NCBI GenBank assembly: GCA_036802945.1 | Contig: DAIRVG010000018.1 | Coordinates: forward strand, 1 to 60,330 | Direction: 5' to 3' | DNA from: Vicinamibacterales bacterium | GTDB lineage: Bacteria; Acidobacteriota; Vicinamibacteria; Vicinamibacterales; UBA2999 | Length of the DNA stretch: 60,330 nucleotides | Shown here: piece after piece, positions 9,202-18,529 of the stretch | Numbering within the stretch: the first letter of the stretch is position 1 | Layout of the letters: every line of letters begins with the position of its first letter | Made by a program: the position numbers and the translations under genes | The notes under the pieces: generated by a model | Database searches by the model: none | What the model was told of the DNA's origin: nothing | The model's input: only the letters and a program-made list of their open reading frames with translations

Positions 9202-10176
9202 CTACGCGAGCGAGAGCAGCGCCCTCTTTACGATCGCCTGTGTCAGCGGCACCTTGTACGCGTTCTTCGCGAGCGGCCGTGCACCATCGACCGCGGCCAC
9301 GCCTGCCGCCGCGGCGCTCAACTCGTTCAGCGGCTTGCCCGTCAACGCCGCCTCCGCTTTGGCTGCCCGGTAAGGGACGGGCGCGACGCCGCCGAGAACG
9401 ATGCGCGCCTCGGTCACGACACCGTCCTTGACGGTGACCATGGCGGCGACGCTGCAGAGCGCGAAATCCCAGACCTCACGCACCATCTCCTTGATATAGA
9501 TCGCCTTCGATCCTGCAGGGGCGTTTGGCACGTCGATGGCCGTCAGGATCTCGTTCGGCAGCAACACGTTTTCCCGGCGGACATCCTCGCGGGGGGTCAC
9601 GAAGAATTTCTCCATCGGGACCATCCGTTCCCGTGAGCCGCTCGAGATGCGCGCCGTCGCGCCAAGCGCGACGAGGGCGGGTGCCGCATCGGACGGGTGA
9701 ACGATGTATGAGGGTCCTCCCTGCAGAATCGCGTGATAGTCGTTTTCGCCCGCCGCCGAGAAGCAGGTGTTACCGCCATGCTTGTAGCAGGGAAACTTGT
9801 TCCGGTAGTACCAGCACCGCGGGCGCTGACACAAGTTGCCGCCGATCGTGCCCATGTTGCGGATTTGCGGCGTCCCGATCTTGCCGGCGGCCATCGCGAG
9901 CAGCGGGGTCCGCTCCTGGACCATCGGGTTCTCGACGACGTCCGCGAGCAGCGTCGCGGCGCCGATGCGCAGTCCGCCCGCTGATGCCCGAACTCCCTGG
10001 AGATCTGCGAGGTGTCTGATCGACACCAGGCGCTCGGGAGCCGCGAGATTGTCTTTCATCTCGCCGAGGAGGTCGGTGCCGCCGGCGATCACCGCGATCT
10101 TGCCGTGCTCCTTCCCCAATTGGGACGCAGCGTCCTTGAGGGTCGCGGGCCGGATGTAGATGAAGTTATCCATCAT
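9202..10176 (-). CDS. FAD-binding subunit of a xanthine dehydrogenase-family molybdoenzyme (PaoB/YagS-like)
   Basis: IAGGTDLL, QIRNMGTIGGNLCQRPRCWYYR with four Cys (PaoB-type 4Fe-4S insert), HPSDAAPAL. Start MMDNF at 10176. Confidence 0.92.
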   Translation of the reverse strand: MMDNFIYIRPATLKDAASQLGKEHGKIAVIAGGTDLLGEMKDNLAAPERLVSIRHLADLQGVRASAGGLRIGAATLLADVVENPMVQERTPLLAMAAGKIGTPQIRNMGTIGGNLCQRPRCWYYRNKFPCYKHGGNTCFSAAGENDYHAILQGGPSYIVHPSDAAPALVALGATARISSGSRERMVPMEKFFVTPREDVRRENVLLPNEILTAIDVPNAPAGSKAIYIKEMVREVWDFALCSVAAMVTVKDGVVTEARIVLGGVAPVPYRAAKAEAALTGKPLNELSAAAAGVAAVDGARPLAKNAYKVPLTQAIVKRALLSLA

Positions 10177-10190
10177 GGTCTCGCTCCCTG

Positions 10191-12464
10191 CTAAACGGTG
10201 CGGCTCGCGCCCGGCCGCGGCTCGTTCAACGCGCGCAGGATTTTCGCGCGGGTAAACGGCACTTCGCGGAGACGCACGCCGATCGCGTTGTAGATCGCGT
10301 TGGCCACTGCGGCCATCCCCGGGTGACACGGGTTCTCGCCAAGCCCCTTGCCACCGAACGGGCCCGTCGTGCCTTCGTTCGGCACGATGACCGCCTCAAT
10401 CACCCGCGGATCGAAATCGAGCGCGGTCGGCGGCTTCAAATCGACGAAGCTCCCAGTGAGGCAGCTGCCGGTCCGCTCATCGAAGCGCATCTCCTCGCCC
10501 TGCGTCAGCGCCAGTCCCTGGATCGTGCCTCCCTCTATCTGGTTTTCGACAATGGTCACGTTGATGGGACGACCCACGTCATGCGCCGAGATGTACTTGA
10601 GGATGTGAACCTTGCCGGTCTCCTTGTCGACTTCCACTTCGACGAAGTGCGCGCCCGATGTGCGCTCGACGTCGATGCCGGTCTGCAGCGCGGCAGTCGC
10701 GCCGTCGCCGCTGACGCTGCGGCCTCGCCGCTGCATCACCTCGGCGAGCTTCACCTGGCGAGATGGGTCTGCTGTCACCCGAATGACGGAATCGCGAATC
10801 TCGAGATCCGCAGGCGCCGCGTTGTTCAACACCGGGCCCGCAGCCGCGAGAATCTGCTGCAGGCACGCGCGGGCGGCAACTTCGACGGCGCGTCCTGTGC
10901 CCTGGAGCGTCCGGTTCCCATAACTGCCGCCGTCATACGGTGCGACCTCGGTATCGCCCGCCGTCGTCCTGAACATCGACAGCGGTATGCCGAGCACCTC
11001 GCTCGCAATCATCGCAAGCGTCGTGCGACTGCCCTGGCCGATGTCTGTCGACGCGAAGAAGACATGGGCCGAACCATCGAGGTTGACCTTGACTGAGGCG
11101 CCGGCAAGTCCAGCGCCGCCTCCGCGTTCCGTGCACGCGATCCCAATCCCCCGTGCCATCGGTCCAGTCGGAGAGCCGGCGACGGCATTGCGGCGATTCC
11201 ACTGGATGCGCGAGGCACCTTCCTGGATGCACTTGTCGAGCACCTGCGCGACGAGGCGGCCGTCTTCGGTCCCGCTCGCGCCGCGCGCAATCGGGTCGCC
11301 GTTCCGCTTGATGTTCTTCAGGCGGAACTCCATGGGATCCCAACCCATTTCGATGGCGGCCTCGTCCATCGCCGACTCGATGGCGAACGTCTCCTGCGGG
11401 TCACCAACGCCGCGCGTCGGGCCGGTGTTCGGAACGTTGGTGTGCACGCGGTACTGGACCGTGCGCAGGTTGGGCGACTTGTACATGTGCGTGGACTGGG
11501 TACCGAGACCACCCAGGCGCGTGTGGTACGCCCCCTGGTTGATGTACGCCTTCACATCCATTGCGTGCAGCGTCATGTCGTTCTTGACGCCGACTCTCAC
11601 GTAGATCCGGGTCTCGAACCGCGTGTTGGAATCGAGAATCTCTTCCTCGCGCGTGTACTGCAGCTTCACGGGGAGCCGCGCCTTCCGCGCCAGCATCGCC
11701 GCGAGCGCTTCGTCGGTGTGCGGCGCGCTCTTTGTACCGAAGCCGCCGCCGACGTAGCTCGAAATGACGCGCACGTTCGCATCGGGCACGTTGAACATTG
11801 CCGTGAGGCTGCCGTGCACGCGGAACGGGGCCTGCGTCGATGCCCACAGCGTCAGGTGATCCCCATCCCACTGCGCCACGCACGCGCGCGGCTCCATCCC
11901 ACCGCTCCACATCGTCGGGCAGTGGTAGACACGCTCGATGACCTTGTCAGATTCCCTCAGGCCCTGTTCGACGTCTCCCCGCGTGAGCGTTCGCGGCTGC
12001 CCTTCGAGGTTGCCGTCTTGAAAGAGCTGCGGCGCGCCGGGCTTGAGCGCCTCTTCAGGATCGAGCACGAACGGCAACGGTTCGTACTGAACCGCAATGA
12101 GTTTCATGGCCTTATCAGCCGTTTCCGCGTCGACGGCCGCGAGCGCCGCGACCGCCTCGCCCTGGAAGCGGACGCGATCATTCAGCGCGTACTGACGGCT
12201 GCCAAAAATCATGACCTTGGGCGCGTCCTTGTACGTGATCACGGCGCGGACGCCCGGAACTGCCTCCGCCTTGCTGGTATCGATGCCGGTGATGTTCGCG
12301 TGTGGCCGCGTGCTGCGCAGCACCCGCGCCACCAGCATCCCGGGAAGGTCGATGTCGCCCGTGTACTTTGCTCGGCCGGTGACGCGCTCGACCGCGTCGA
12401 TGTTCGGGCCTCGCTTGCCGACGACGTTCAGGGGGCCACCGGCGATTGTGTTCTGCTGAGCCAT
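10191..12464 (-). CDS. Molybdopterin-binding subunit, xanthine dehydrogenase family (PaoC/YagR-like)
   Basis: RVTGRAKYTGD, VGGGFGTK, TDIGQGSRT, QIEGGTIQG, GPFGGKGLGE (catalytic Glu). Confidence 0.95.
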   Translation of the reverse strand: MAQQNTIAGGPLNVVGKRGPNIDAVERVTGRAKYTGDIDLPGMLVARVLRSTRPHANITGIDTSKAEAVPGVRAVITYKDAPKVMIFGSRQYALNDRVRFQGEAVAALAAVDAETADKAMKLIAVQYEPLPFVLDPEEALKPGAPQLFQDGNLEGQPRTLTRGDVEQGLRESDKVIERVYHCPTMWSGGMEPRACVAQWDGDHLTLWASTQAPFRVHGSLTAMFNVPDANVRVISSYVGGGFGTKSAPHTDEALAAMLARKARLPVKLQYTREEEILDSNTRFETRIYVRVGVKNDMTLHAMDVKAYINQGAYHTRLGGLGTQSTHMYKSPNLRTVQYRVHTNVPNTGPTRGVGDPQETFAIESAMDEAAIEMGWDPMEFRLKNIKRNGDPIARGASGTEDGRLVAQVLDKCIQEGASRIQWNRRNAVAGSPTGPMARGIGIACTERGGGAGLAGASVKVNLDGSAHVFFASTDIGQGSRTTLAMIASEVLGIPLSMFRTTAGDTEVAPYDGGSYGNRTLQGTGRAVEVAARACLQQILAAAGPVLNNAAPADLEIRDSVIRVTADPSRQVKLAEVMQRRGRSVSGDGATAALQTGIDVERTSGAHFVEVEVDKETGKVHILKYISAHDVGRPINVTIVENQIEGGTIQGLALTQGEEMRFDERTGSCLTGSFVDLKPPTALDFDPRVIEAVIVPNEGTTGPFGGKGLGENPCHPGMAAVANAIYNAIGVRLREVPFTRAKILRALNEPRPGASRTV

Positions 12465-12472
12465 CGTGACCT

Positions 12473-13093
12473 CTACGCGCGCATCAGACGGGACGCGGCC
12501 ATGACGGATTCAAGAATCTTTTTGTACGCGGCGCATCGGCACATGTTGCCGCTCAACGCGAGGCGCGCCTGGTCCTCCGTCGGGTTCGGTGTCCGATCGA
12601 GGAAGACCTTCGTGCTCATCATCTGGCCCGGCGTGCAGAAGCCGCACTGGAAGCCGCTGTGCTCGATGAACGCCTGCTGGATCGGATGCAGCTTGTCGTC
12701 TGCGGCAAGGCCCTCGACCGTCAGGACCTCGCCTCCCGTCACTTCGACGGCCAGCGTCGTGCACGAGTAGACGTTGCGGCCATTGAGGATGACGGTACAT
12801 GCGCCGCATTGCAGCCGGTCGCACCCCATCTTCGTCCCGGTAAGCTTCAGGTCCTCGCGCAGGAACTGGAGCAGCGTCGTGTGATTGGGAATGTCTTTCC
12901 GATACGCGACGCCGTTAACGTTCAGCGCAACGTTTGAGTGTCGCGGATCCGGTTCGACGGCGTCAGGAAGCTGCGCTTCGCCAACGGCGGGAATCAGCGC
13001 AGCAGAGAGCGCGCCCGTCGCGATGGCGCCTCCCTTCAGGAACGCGCGGCGCGAAACCGACAGCTCTGATTTATCCCGATCTTCGCTTGCCAA
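12473..13093 (-). CDS. 2x[2Fe-2S] subunit with Tat signal (PaoA/YagT-like)
   Basis: SRRAFLKGG twin-arginine motif; GTKMGCDRLQCGACT, QCGFCTPGQ, GNMCRCAAY. TTG start. Confidence 0.93.
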   Translation of the reverse strand: MASEDRDKSELSVSRRAFLKGGAIATGALSAALIPAVGEAQLPDAVEPDPRHSNVALNVNGVAYRKDIPNHTTLLQFLREDLKLTGTKMGCDRLQCGACTVILNGRNVYSCTTLAVEVTGGEVLTVEGLAADDKLHPIQQAFIEHSGFQCGFCTPGQMMSTKVFLDRTPNPTEDQARLALSGNMCRCAAYKKILESVMAASRLMRA

Positions 13094-13346
13094 TCTGCAC
13101 CCCCCAGTGTGTTGTCAAACAGTCTTCCGGAACCTGCGAGAAGGTGAGTACCGGTCTGGCTTCGAAGCCCGGACGCAACCCGTCGCAAATTGTAACTCCA
13201 CGAGCTCCTTCAGCCACCGCTAATCCCATAATAAGATGGCACAACGCAGCGGGGCTTCAGGAGCTCGCCGCCTCTCCGCGAGCGTCAATGTGCGATCAGC
13301 CGTTTGCATGTCGAGGACTGCGTAGCGAGCCGCCGGACAACCGAGA

Positions 13347-14438
13347 ATGAGCGAATACGCCCCCACAATCAATTTCACTCGCGGCGTCCCCGCGAATGAG
13401 TCATTTCCGATCGACGACCTGGTCGACGCGGCGCGTGAAGCTCTGAAGACGAACGGGCCGGCGATGCTGCAGTACGGGCCTTCGGCCGGCTTTCTGCCGC
13501 TCCGCGAATGGCTCGCCAACTGGCAGGGCGTGAGCCCTGGCCACATCCTGACCGGCAACGGGTCACTGCAGCTGATCGAGTTTCTCTGCCTGCACCTGTT
13601 GGAGAAGGGTGACGCTGTATTTACCGAAGCGCCTACGTACGACCGCACCATCGCGTTGCTTCGCCGCCACCATGCGAACGTGGTCGGCATTCCTCTCGAG
13701 GCTGACGGTCCCGACATCGGAGCGCTCGAGCGCGCGCTGACGAGGCGCGTGCCGAAATTTTTCTACGTCATCCCGGACTTCCAGAATCCGGCCGGCGTGA
13801 CGTGCTCGGGAGCCAAGCGCCGGCATATCGTGGAGCTCGCGAGGCGTCACGGCTTCCTGCTCGTCGAGGACGCACCGTACCGCCTGCTTCGGTATCGCGG
13901 CAATGAGGAGCCGACGCTTTACGAACTCGGGCCGGATCGCACGCTCCATATGAGCTCCTTTACAAAGCTCATTGCTCCAGGCGTGCGCACCGGCTTCATG
14001 ATTGGAGAGGCGGCGCTGATAAGCGCTCTCGCCAAGGTGGCGGAGGATACCTACATCTCCCCTGGCTACCTCGCGCAGGGAATCACACTCGAATGGTGTC
14101 GCCGAGGATTGCTCTTGCCCCAGATCGAGCACCTGAAAAGGCTGTACGCCCCACGTCTCGAGGCGTGCCTCGCCAGTCTCGACGCGTGCATGCCTGACGC
14201 GATACCGACTCGCCCTGAGGGTGGGTTCTTCGTGTCGCTGATGCTCCCGGACGGAGTGCTCACGACTGCAGTACGAGCACAGGCTGCCGCGCGAGGGCTC
14301 AACCTTGCTGACGGGCTGGCCTTCTTCCCTGAAGGAGGTGGCGAGCGATTCCTCCGCCTGCCGTTTTGCGCGCTGTCGCCGACGGAGATCAACGAGGGAA
14401 TCCGGCGTCTGGCGGAGAGCGTCCGGGCGGCGCACTAA
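13347..14438 (+). CDS. PLP-dependent aminotransferase class I/II (MocR/LysN-like, no HTH)
   Basis: EAPTYDR, IPDFQNPAG, VEDAPY, SSFTKLIAPGVRTG (PLP Lys). Confidence 0.92.
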   Translation: MSEYAPTINFTRGVPANESFPIDDLVDAAREALKTNGPAMLQYGPSAGFLPLREWLANWQGVSPGHILTGNGSLQLIEFLCLHLLEKGDAVFTEAPTYDRTIALLRRHHANVVGIPLEADGPDIGALERALTRRVPKFFYVIPDFQNPAGVTCSGAKRRHIVELARRHGFLLVEDAPYRLLRYRGNEEPTLYELGPDRTLHMSSFTKLIAPGVRTGFMIGEAALISALAKVAEDTYISPGYLAQGITLEWCRRGLLLPQIEHLKRLYAPRLEACLASLDACMPDAIPTRPEGGFFVSLMLPDGVLTTAVRAQAAARGLNLADGLAFFPEGGGERFLRLPFCALSPTEINEGIRRLAESVRAAH

Positions 14439-14504
14439 GCCGTCACAGGTGTCCTTTTCGCAGTCGTCACATGAAACAAGAGGCAGTGGTTCATATCCAG
14501 ACGC

Positions 14505-14536
14505 AAAAAGGGCAGCCCCGGAGGGCTGCCCTTTTT
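14505..14536. terminator. Bidirectional intrinsic terminator
   Basis: AAAAAGGGCAGCCC-CGGA-GGGCTGCCCTTTTT, a perfect palindrome between convergent genes. Confidence 0.9.
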
Positions 14537-14567
14537 GGTGCCTCGCACAGTAGCGCCGGAGCGCCGG

Positions 14568-15113
14568 TTACGAGGGCTTCTTGAGCCCCGCCAGCAGCAT
14601 CTGGATCATCTGCATGTATTGCTGGTCGGATGAGGAATACGTCTTCGAATAGTCGTCCTCGGTAATCTTCGCCTTCTTCCAGTCACCGTCGAAGTTGTAA
14701 GTCTTCCCTCCGACGTCGACCGTGTCGTAGACGCTACCGTCCTTCTTGAACCGCAGGCCGTTGGCACCAAGATCCGAGACGAACATCTTACTCTGCGGCA
14801 GCGAAGCGCTGTTCAATTCAATGTAGACGTCGCGGTAGTTCTTCTGATCGAGGAGCGAATCGGCGCGCCACGGCGTGTCGAACTTCGCGGTGACAACGAG
14901 CAGCTGGCTGCCGGGGAAATAGAGTACCCCGACATACTCGTTGGGCGACCCTCCCTTGACGGCGAAGCTATCGAGCTTCATCGAGTCGAGCATCTTGACG
15001 AGCTCCGTGACCGACGTCGCCGACTTTGAGTCCTGGGCCGTTGCCACGGCTGGTGCCAGCACCAGCACCGCAGCGAGGGCGATACCACGCAACCGATGAA
15101 TCGTAAGCGTCAT
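14568..15113 (-). CDS. Exported hypothetical protein
   Basis: GGGGAACC before ATG; signal peptide ending ATA-Q; 181-aa ORF with natural composition that ends at the terminator. Confidence 0.8.
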   Translation of the reverse strand: MTLTIHRLRGIALAAVLVLAPAVATAQDSKSATSVTELVKMLDSMKLDSFAVKGGSPNEYVGVLYFPGSQLLVVTAKFDTPWRADSLLDQKNYRDVYIELNSASLPQSKMFVSDLGANGLRFKKDGSVYDTVDVGGKTYNFDGDWKKAKITEDDYSKTYSSSDQQYMQMIQMLLAGLKKPS

Positions 15114-15193
15114 GGTTCCCCCTGCAATGGAATGTACGAGCGACTTGTATCACCAGCGATGGCTGGCGTCAATCAAGAGCTGGCGTGATGGTA

Positions 15194-15221
15194 GGGATCG
15201 GGGATCAGAGATCGGGGATCC
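15194..15221. repeat. Period-7 tandem repeat (GGGATCG-like x4)
   Basis: gggatcg gggatca gagatcg gggatcc. Confidence 0.75.
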
Positions 15222-15234
15222 GGGTTATTCCCTT

Positions 15235-15651
15235 CTAACCGATGAACAGAGCGTCTTCTTCCTCGGAATGCCCGGCGCCCCGGCGCGATGTCCGGCGCAA
15301 CTCCTGGATCGCGGAAAGTGCCGCTTTCAGCCCATTCAGGAAGGCCAATCCCCTGCCCGCCGGGCCAAGGAGATTGGGCACGGCGGCCATCACCTGCTCG
15401 GCGCGACGGCTCACGTCCGCAAACATGCGGTCGGCTCGCTCCATCTGCATCGCCGCAAGGTTGGCCGCCCGCGCGGCATCCGCAGTGATGTTCTGCAGAT
15501 TGTGGACGACTGGGCGCAGATCCTGTTCGATCCGATCGGCCGCCCGGCCGATTCGGCGCGCGGCCGACATCGCGAAGACGATGGCCGCAACCTGTATCAC
15601 GGCCATCACGACGACGGCGACGGCGATGATGCCCAGGAACAGGTTGGTCAC
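15235..15651 (-). CDS. Membrane-anchored helical protein, DUF948/YtxG-like
   Basis: One N-terminal TM helix then a coiled-coil-like segment; GTG start overlaps the YtxH stop. Confidence 0.7.
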   Translation of the reverse strand: MTNLFLGIIAVAVVVMAVIQVAAIVFAMSAARRIGRAADRIEQDLRPVVHNLQNITADAARAANLAAMQMERADRMFADVSRRAEQVMAAVPNLLGPAGRGLAFLNGLKAALSAIQELRRTSRRGAGHSEEEDALFIG

Positions 15652-15854
15652 GACTCCGGCTCCGCTGCCGCCCTGAACTGGCGCGCGGCGTCAACCACCT
15701 TTTCGCGCCCCTCGCGTGCGCGCTGGCCGAGGTACTCGCGTGTGTCATCGCCTGTCGCCGGCGCGTACAGCAATGCCACCGCCGCACCCGCCACGGCGCC
15801 GGCGATGAACGCCAGCAGTACGGCGCCCGCGCCGAGACCCTCGTCTTTCGCCAT
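15648..15854 (-). CDS. YtxH domain protein
   Basis: FIAGAVAGAAVALLYAPATGDDTRE matches the YtxH signature. Confidence 0.85.
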   Translation of the reverse strand: MAKDEGLGAGAVLLAFIAGAVAGAAVALLYAPATGDDTREYLGQRAREGREKVVDAARQFRAAAEPES

Positions 15855-16894
15855 CAGAAGATACTCACTCTCACGTTCAAGTACTTTTTCGGATCGGCGC
15901 GGATATCCTTCACGAGTCCACGCACCTCGGTCACAGCACCATTCATGTTCTCATACAACTGCTTGTCGTGCAGCAACTGGCCGGCGGTGCCTTCGCCCTG
16001 GTTGAGGGATGCCGTCAGCTTGTCGAGACGATCCGCCATCGAGTTGAGACGGTTGTACAACTCCGAGTCGGTCACCAGCTTTCCGGCCGTGCCTTCGCCC
16101 TTGTTGATGCGTCCGGTGATCGCATCAAGATTCGTGGTGGCGGACGTCACCGACTTGCTGAACGCATCGTCGTTGACCAGCCGCCCGAGGCTTCCCTCGC
16201 CGTTGCGAATCCGGGCCGTCACCATTTCGAGATTGGCAAGCGAACGCTCCAGCGACTGGGCCGCCGCGGGGTTGGTCGCCAGGCGGCCCAGGGTGCCGCG
16301 GCCTTCAGTCAGACCCCGTGTCACCGATTCCGCAGCGTCGGCGAAACTTTGCAACTCGCGATAGAGCGAGTCGTCGGTGACGAACTTCCCGAGCGTGCCC
16401 TTCCCCTGCCGGATGTCCTGCAGGAGCGCCGTCGTCTGCTCCAGCCCTCTGGTCGCCTCCTCGGCCGCCGTCGCCAGCGAACCAGGCGCGCGGCCGCTGC
16501 GCACGTAACCCCACTCTGGAATCGGCGTGCCGTTGCTATTGGGGGTGATGTCGACGGCGCCCTCGCCGAGCAGCGACACCGACCCCAGCGCGGCGGTCGA
16601 TTGGTCGGTGATCCGCGGCTGCTGCTCTTTGCTGACCTCCATCGTCACTTCCACCTTGTCGCCGACGAAGTCGAGCTCCGTCACCGAGCCGACTTCCACG
16701 CCGGCGATCCGGACCGGCGCGCCCTCTTTCAGGCCCGCGATGTTCGGGAACACGGCTTTGATCGAATAGCGCTGCCAGAAAAAGCCCCCCGATCCGCTCA
16801 CCATGAAGATGAGGAAAGAGGCAATCACGAGGGCGATAACGGCGACCAGTCCGATCTTCAACTCCGACCAGGCCAACGAACGCGTGCGCGGCAT
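15854..16894 (-). CDS. mlaD: MCE/MlaD-family lipid transport protein
   Basis: TM helix, GLKEGAPVRIAGVEVGSV, SLLGEGAVDITP, long helical C-terminal region. Confidence 0.9.
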   Translation of the reverse strand: MPRTRSLAWSELKIGLVAVIALVIASFLIFMVSGSGGFFWQRYSIKAVFPNIAGLKEGAPVRIAGVEVGSVTELDFVGDKVEVTMEVSKEQQPRITDQSTAALGSVSLLGEGAVDITPNSNGTPIPEWGYVRSGRAPGSLATAAEEATRGLEQTTALLQDIRQGKGTLGKFVTDDSLYRELQSFADAAESVTRGLTEGRGTLGRLATNPAAAQSLERSLANLEMVTARIRNGEGSLGRLVNDDAFSKSVTSATTNLDAITGRINKGEGTAGKLVTDSELYNRLNSMADRLDKLTASLNQGEGTAGQLLHDKQLYENMNGAVTEVRGLVKDIRADPKKYLNVRVSIF

Positions 16895-16906
16895 TGCTTA
16901 CATCCT

Positions 16907-17755
16907 CTATGACAGGAAGGTCCGGATGTAGGGATCGGTCGAGGCGCGGAGCTCCGCCGCGTTTCCCTCGAACAGGACCCCTCCATCTTTCAACATGATG
17001 AACTCGGCCTCGTCGCATTTCTTCGGGTCGGCCGACACAATCTCAATCTTTGCACCCTCGCGCACCGCCTCGTGCGTCGCCACGAGAAACGCGTCGCGCA
17101 GCTGGTGCGTCACGACGATCGAGCTGACGTTCTCGAGGTCCCGCAGCTTGATGATCTCTTCGTCGACGGTCGTCGCGGTAATCGGATCGAGTCCAGTGGT
17201 CGCTTCGTCGTAGAGCAGCGTCGGCGGCTTGTACGCCATCGCGCGGGCGATCGCGACGCGGCGGCGCTGTCCGCCTGACAACGCCGACGGCATGCTGTCG
17301 ATGTACTCCGTCAGCCGGACGAACCCCAGCACCTCCTCGACGCGGCGGCGCACCCCATCCAGCGGCATGTCGGTCTCCTCGTAAAGCTTATAGCCAACGT
17401 TTTCCGCGACGGTGAGCGAATCGAACAGGGCGCCCTCCTGGAAGACCATCCCAAGATGATCGCGGACCTTCATCATCTCGCTCTCGGACATGTTGTCCAC
17501 GCGCGCGCCATGCACCCAGATCTGGCCGGCATCGGGCTTGAGCAGGCCCACGATGAGCTTCAAAATCGTCGACTTCCCCGATCCGCTCGCGCCCAGGATG
17601 ATCTTGGTGTGTCCTGGCAACAGGGAAAAGCTCACGTCTTCCAGCACGACATTCTCGTCGAACGCCAGCGACACCTTGTCGAAGACGACGGCGGGCCCGT
17701 CGTGCGAGGAACGCTGTTCGAGCACGGTTCTCGGGCTGGTGTCGGTGGCCATCAA
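16907..17755 (-). CDS. mlaF: MlaF-type ABC ATPase
   Basis: GASGSGKST, FQEGALFDSLTV, LSGGQRRR, YDEATTGLDP. Confidence 0.92.
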   Translation of the reverse strand: MMATDTSPRTVLEQRSSHDGPAVVFDKVSLAFDENVVLEDVSFSLLPGHTKIILGASGSGKSTILKLIVGLLKPDAGQIWVHGARVDNMSESEMMKVRDHLGMVFQEGALFDSLTVAENVGYKLYEETDMPLDGVRRRVEEVLGFVRLTEYIDSMPSALSGGQRRRVAIARAMAYKPPTLLYDEATTGLDPITATTVDEEIIKLRDLENVSSIVVTHQLRDAFLVATHEAVREGAKIEIVSADPKKCDEAEFIMLKDGGVLFEGNAAELRASTDPYIRTFLS

Positions 17756-18528
17756 TACAACAGCGTAAACAAGAGGCGCGTCACGAAGAAATCGACCGCG
17801 ATCACCGCGACCGACGCAGCCACCACCGCGTTGGTCGTCGCACGCCCAACGCCCTGTGTGCCGCCCTTGGTCCGCAGTCCCACGTGACAGCCAATCGTCA
17901 CGATGACGTAGCCGAGGAAGAACGGCTTGATGATGCCCATCCAGACGTCCTGGAGGTACAAAGCCTCGGTGATCGACGTCCAGTAGAGGCCCGACGCCAC
18001 GCGGAGCTGGTATACGGCGATAATCCAGCCGCCAAGGATGCCCACTGTGTCGGCGATCACCGTCAACACGGGGGCCATGAAAAATCCCGCGAGCACGCGC
18101 GGCACCACGAGCTTGCGCACCGGATCCGTCCCGAGCGCGCGCAGCGCGTTAATCTGATCGGTGACGACCATCGACCCGAGCTCGGCGGCGATTCCCGACC
18201 CGATGCGCCCGGCGAGCATCAGGCCCGTGAGCACGGGACCGAGCTCCTTGATCATCGAGGCGCTGACCAGGCGGCCGACAAACGGCCGCGCGCCAAACTG
18301 ATCGAGGGTAATGCCGCTCTGCAGCGCCAGCACCGCACCCGTGAAAAACCCGGTGAGCAGTACCACAGTGAGCGACCCGATGCCGATCTGATCGAACTGC
18401 TCGACGACGTCATGAAAATAGAACGGGCGAGAAACGATGGCGCGCATCGTCGCCACCTGCAGACGGAGGTACTCCTGGACCTCGAGAACGGCGCCTTTGA
18501 TCCAGTTTTCGAGAAGGCTCAGCACCAC
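17752..18528 (-). CDS. mlaE: MlaE-type ABC permease
   Basis: KELGPVLTGLMLAGRIGSGIAAELGSM, GGTQGVGRATT. Confidence 0.93.
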   Translation of the reverse strand: MVLSLLENWIKGAVLEVQEYLRLQVATMRAIVSRPFYFHDVVEQFDQIGIGSLTVVLLTGFFTGAVLALQSGITLDQFGARPFVGRLVSASMIKELGPVLTGLMLAGRIGSGIAAELGSMVVTDQINALRALGTDPVRKLVVPRVLAGFFMAPVLTVIADTVGILGGWIIAVYQLRVASGLYWTSITEALYLQDVWMGIIKPFFLGYVIVTIGCHVGLRTKGGTQGVGRATTNAVVAASVAVIAVDFFVTRLLFTLLY

Positions 18529-18529
18529 A

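Noticed and set aside
13237-13251. TGGCAC as a sigma54 promoter between paoA-like and the aminotransferase
   Set aside because: The GC is not at the required GG-N10-GC spacing and there is no TTGC.
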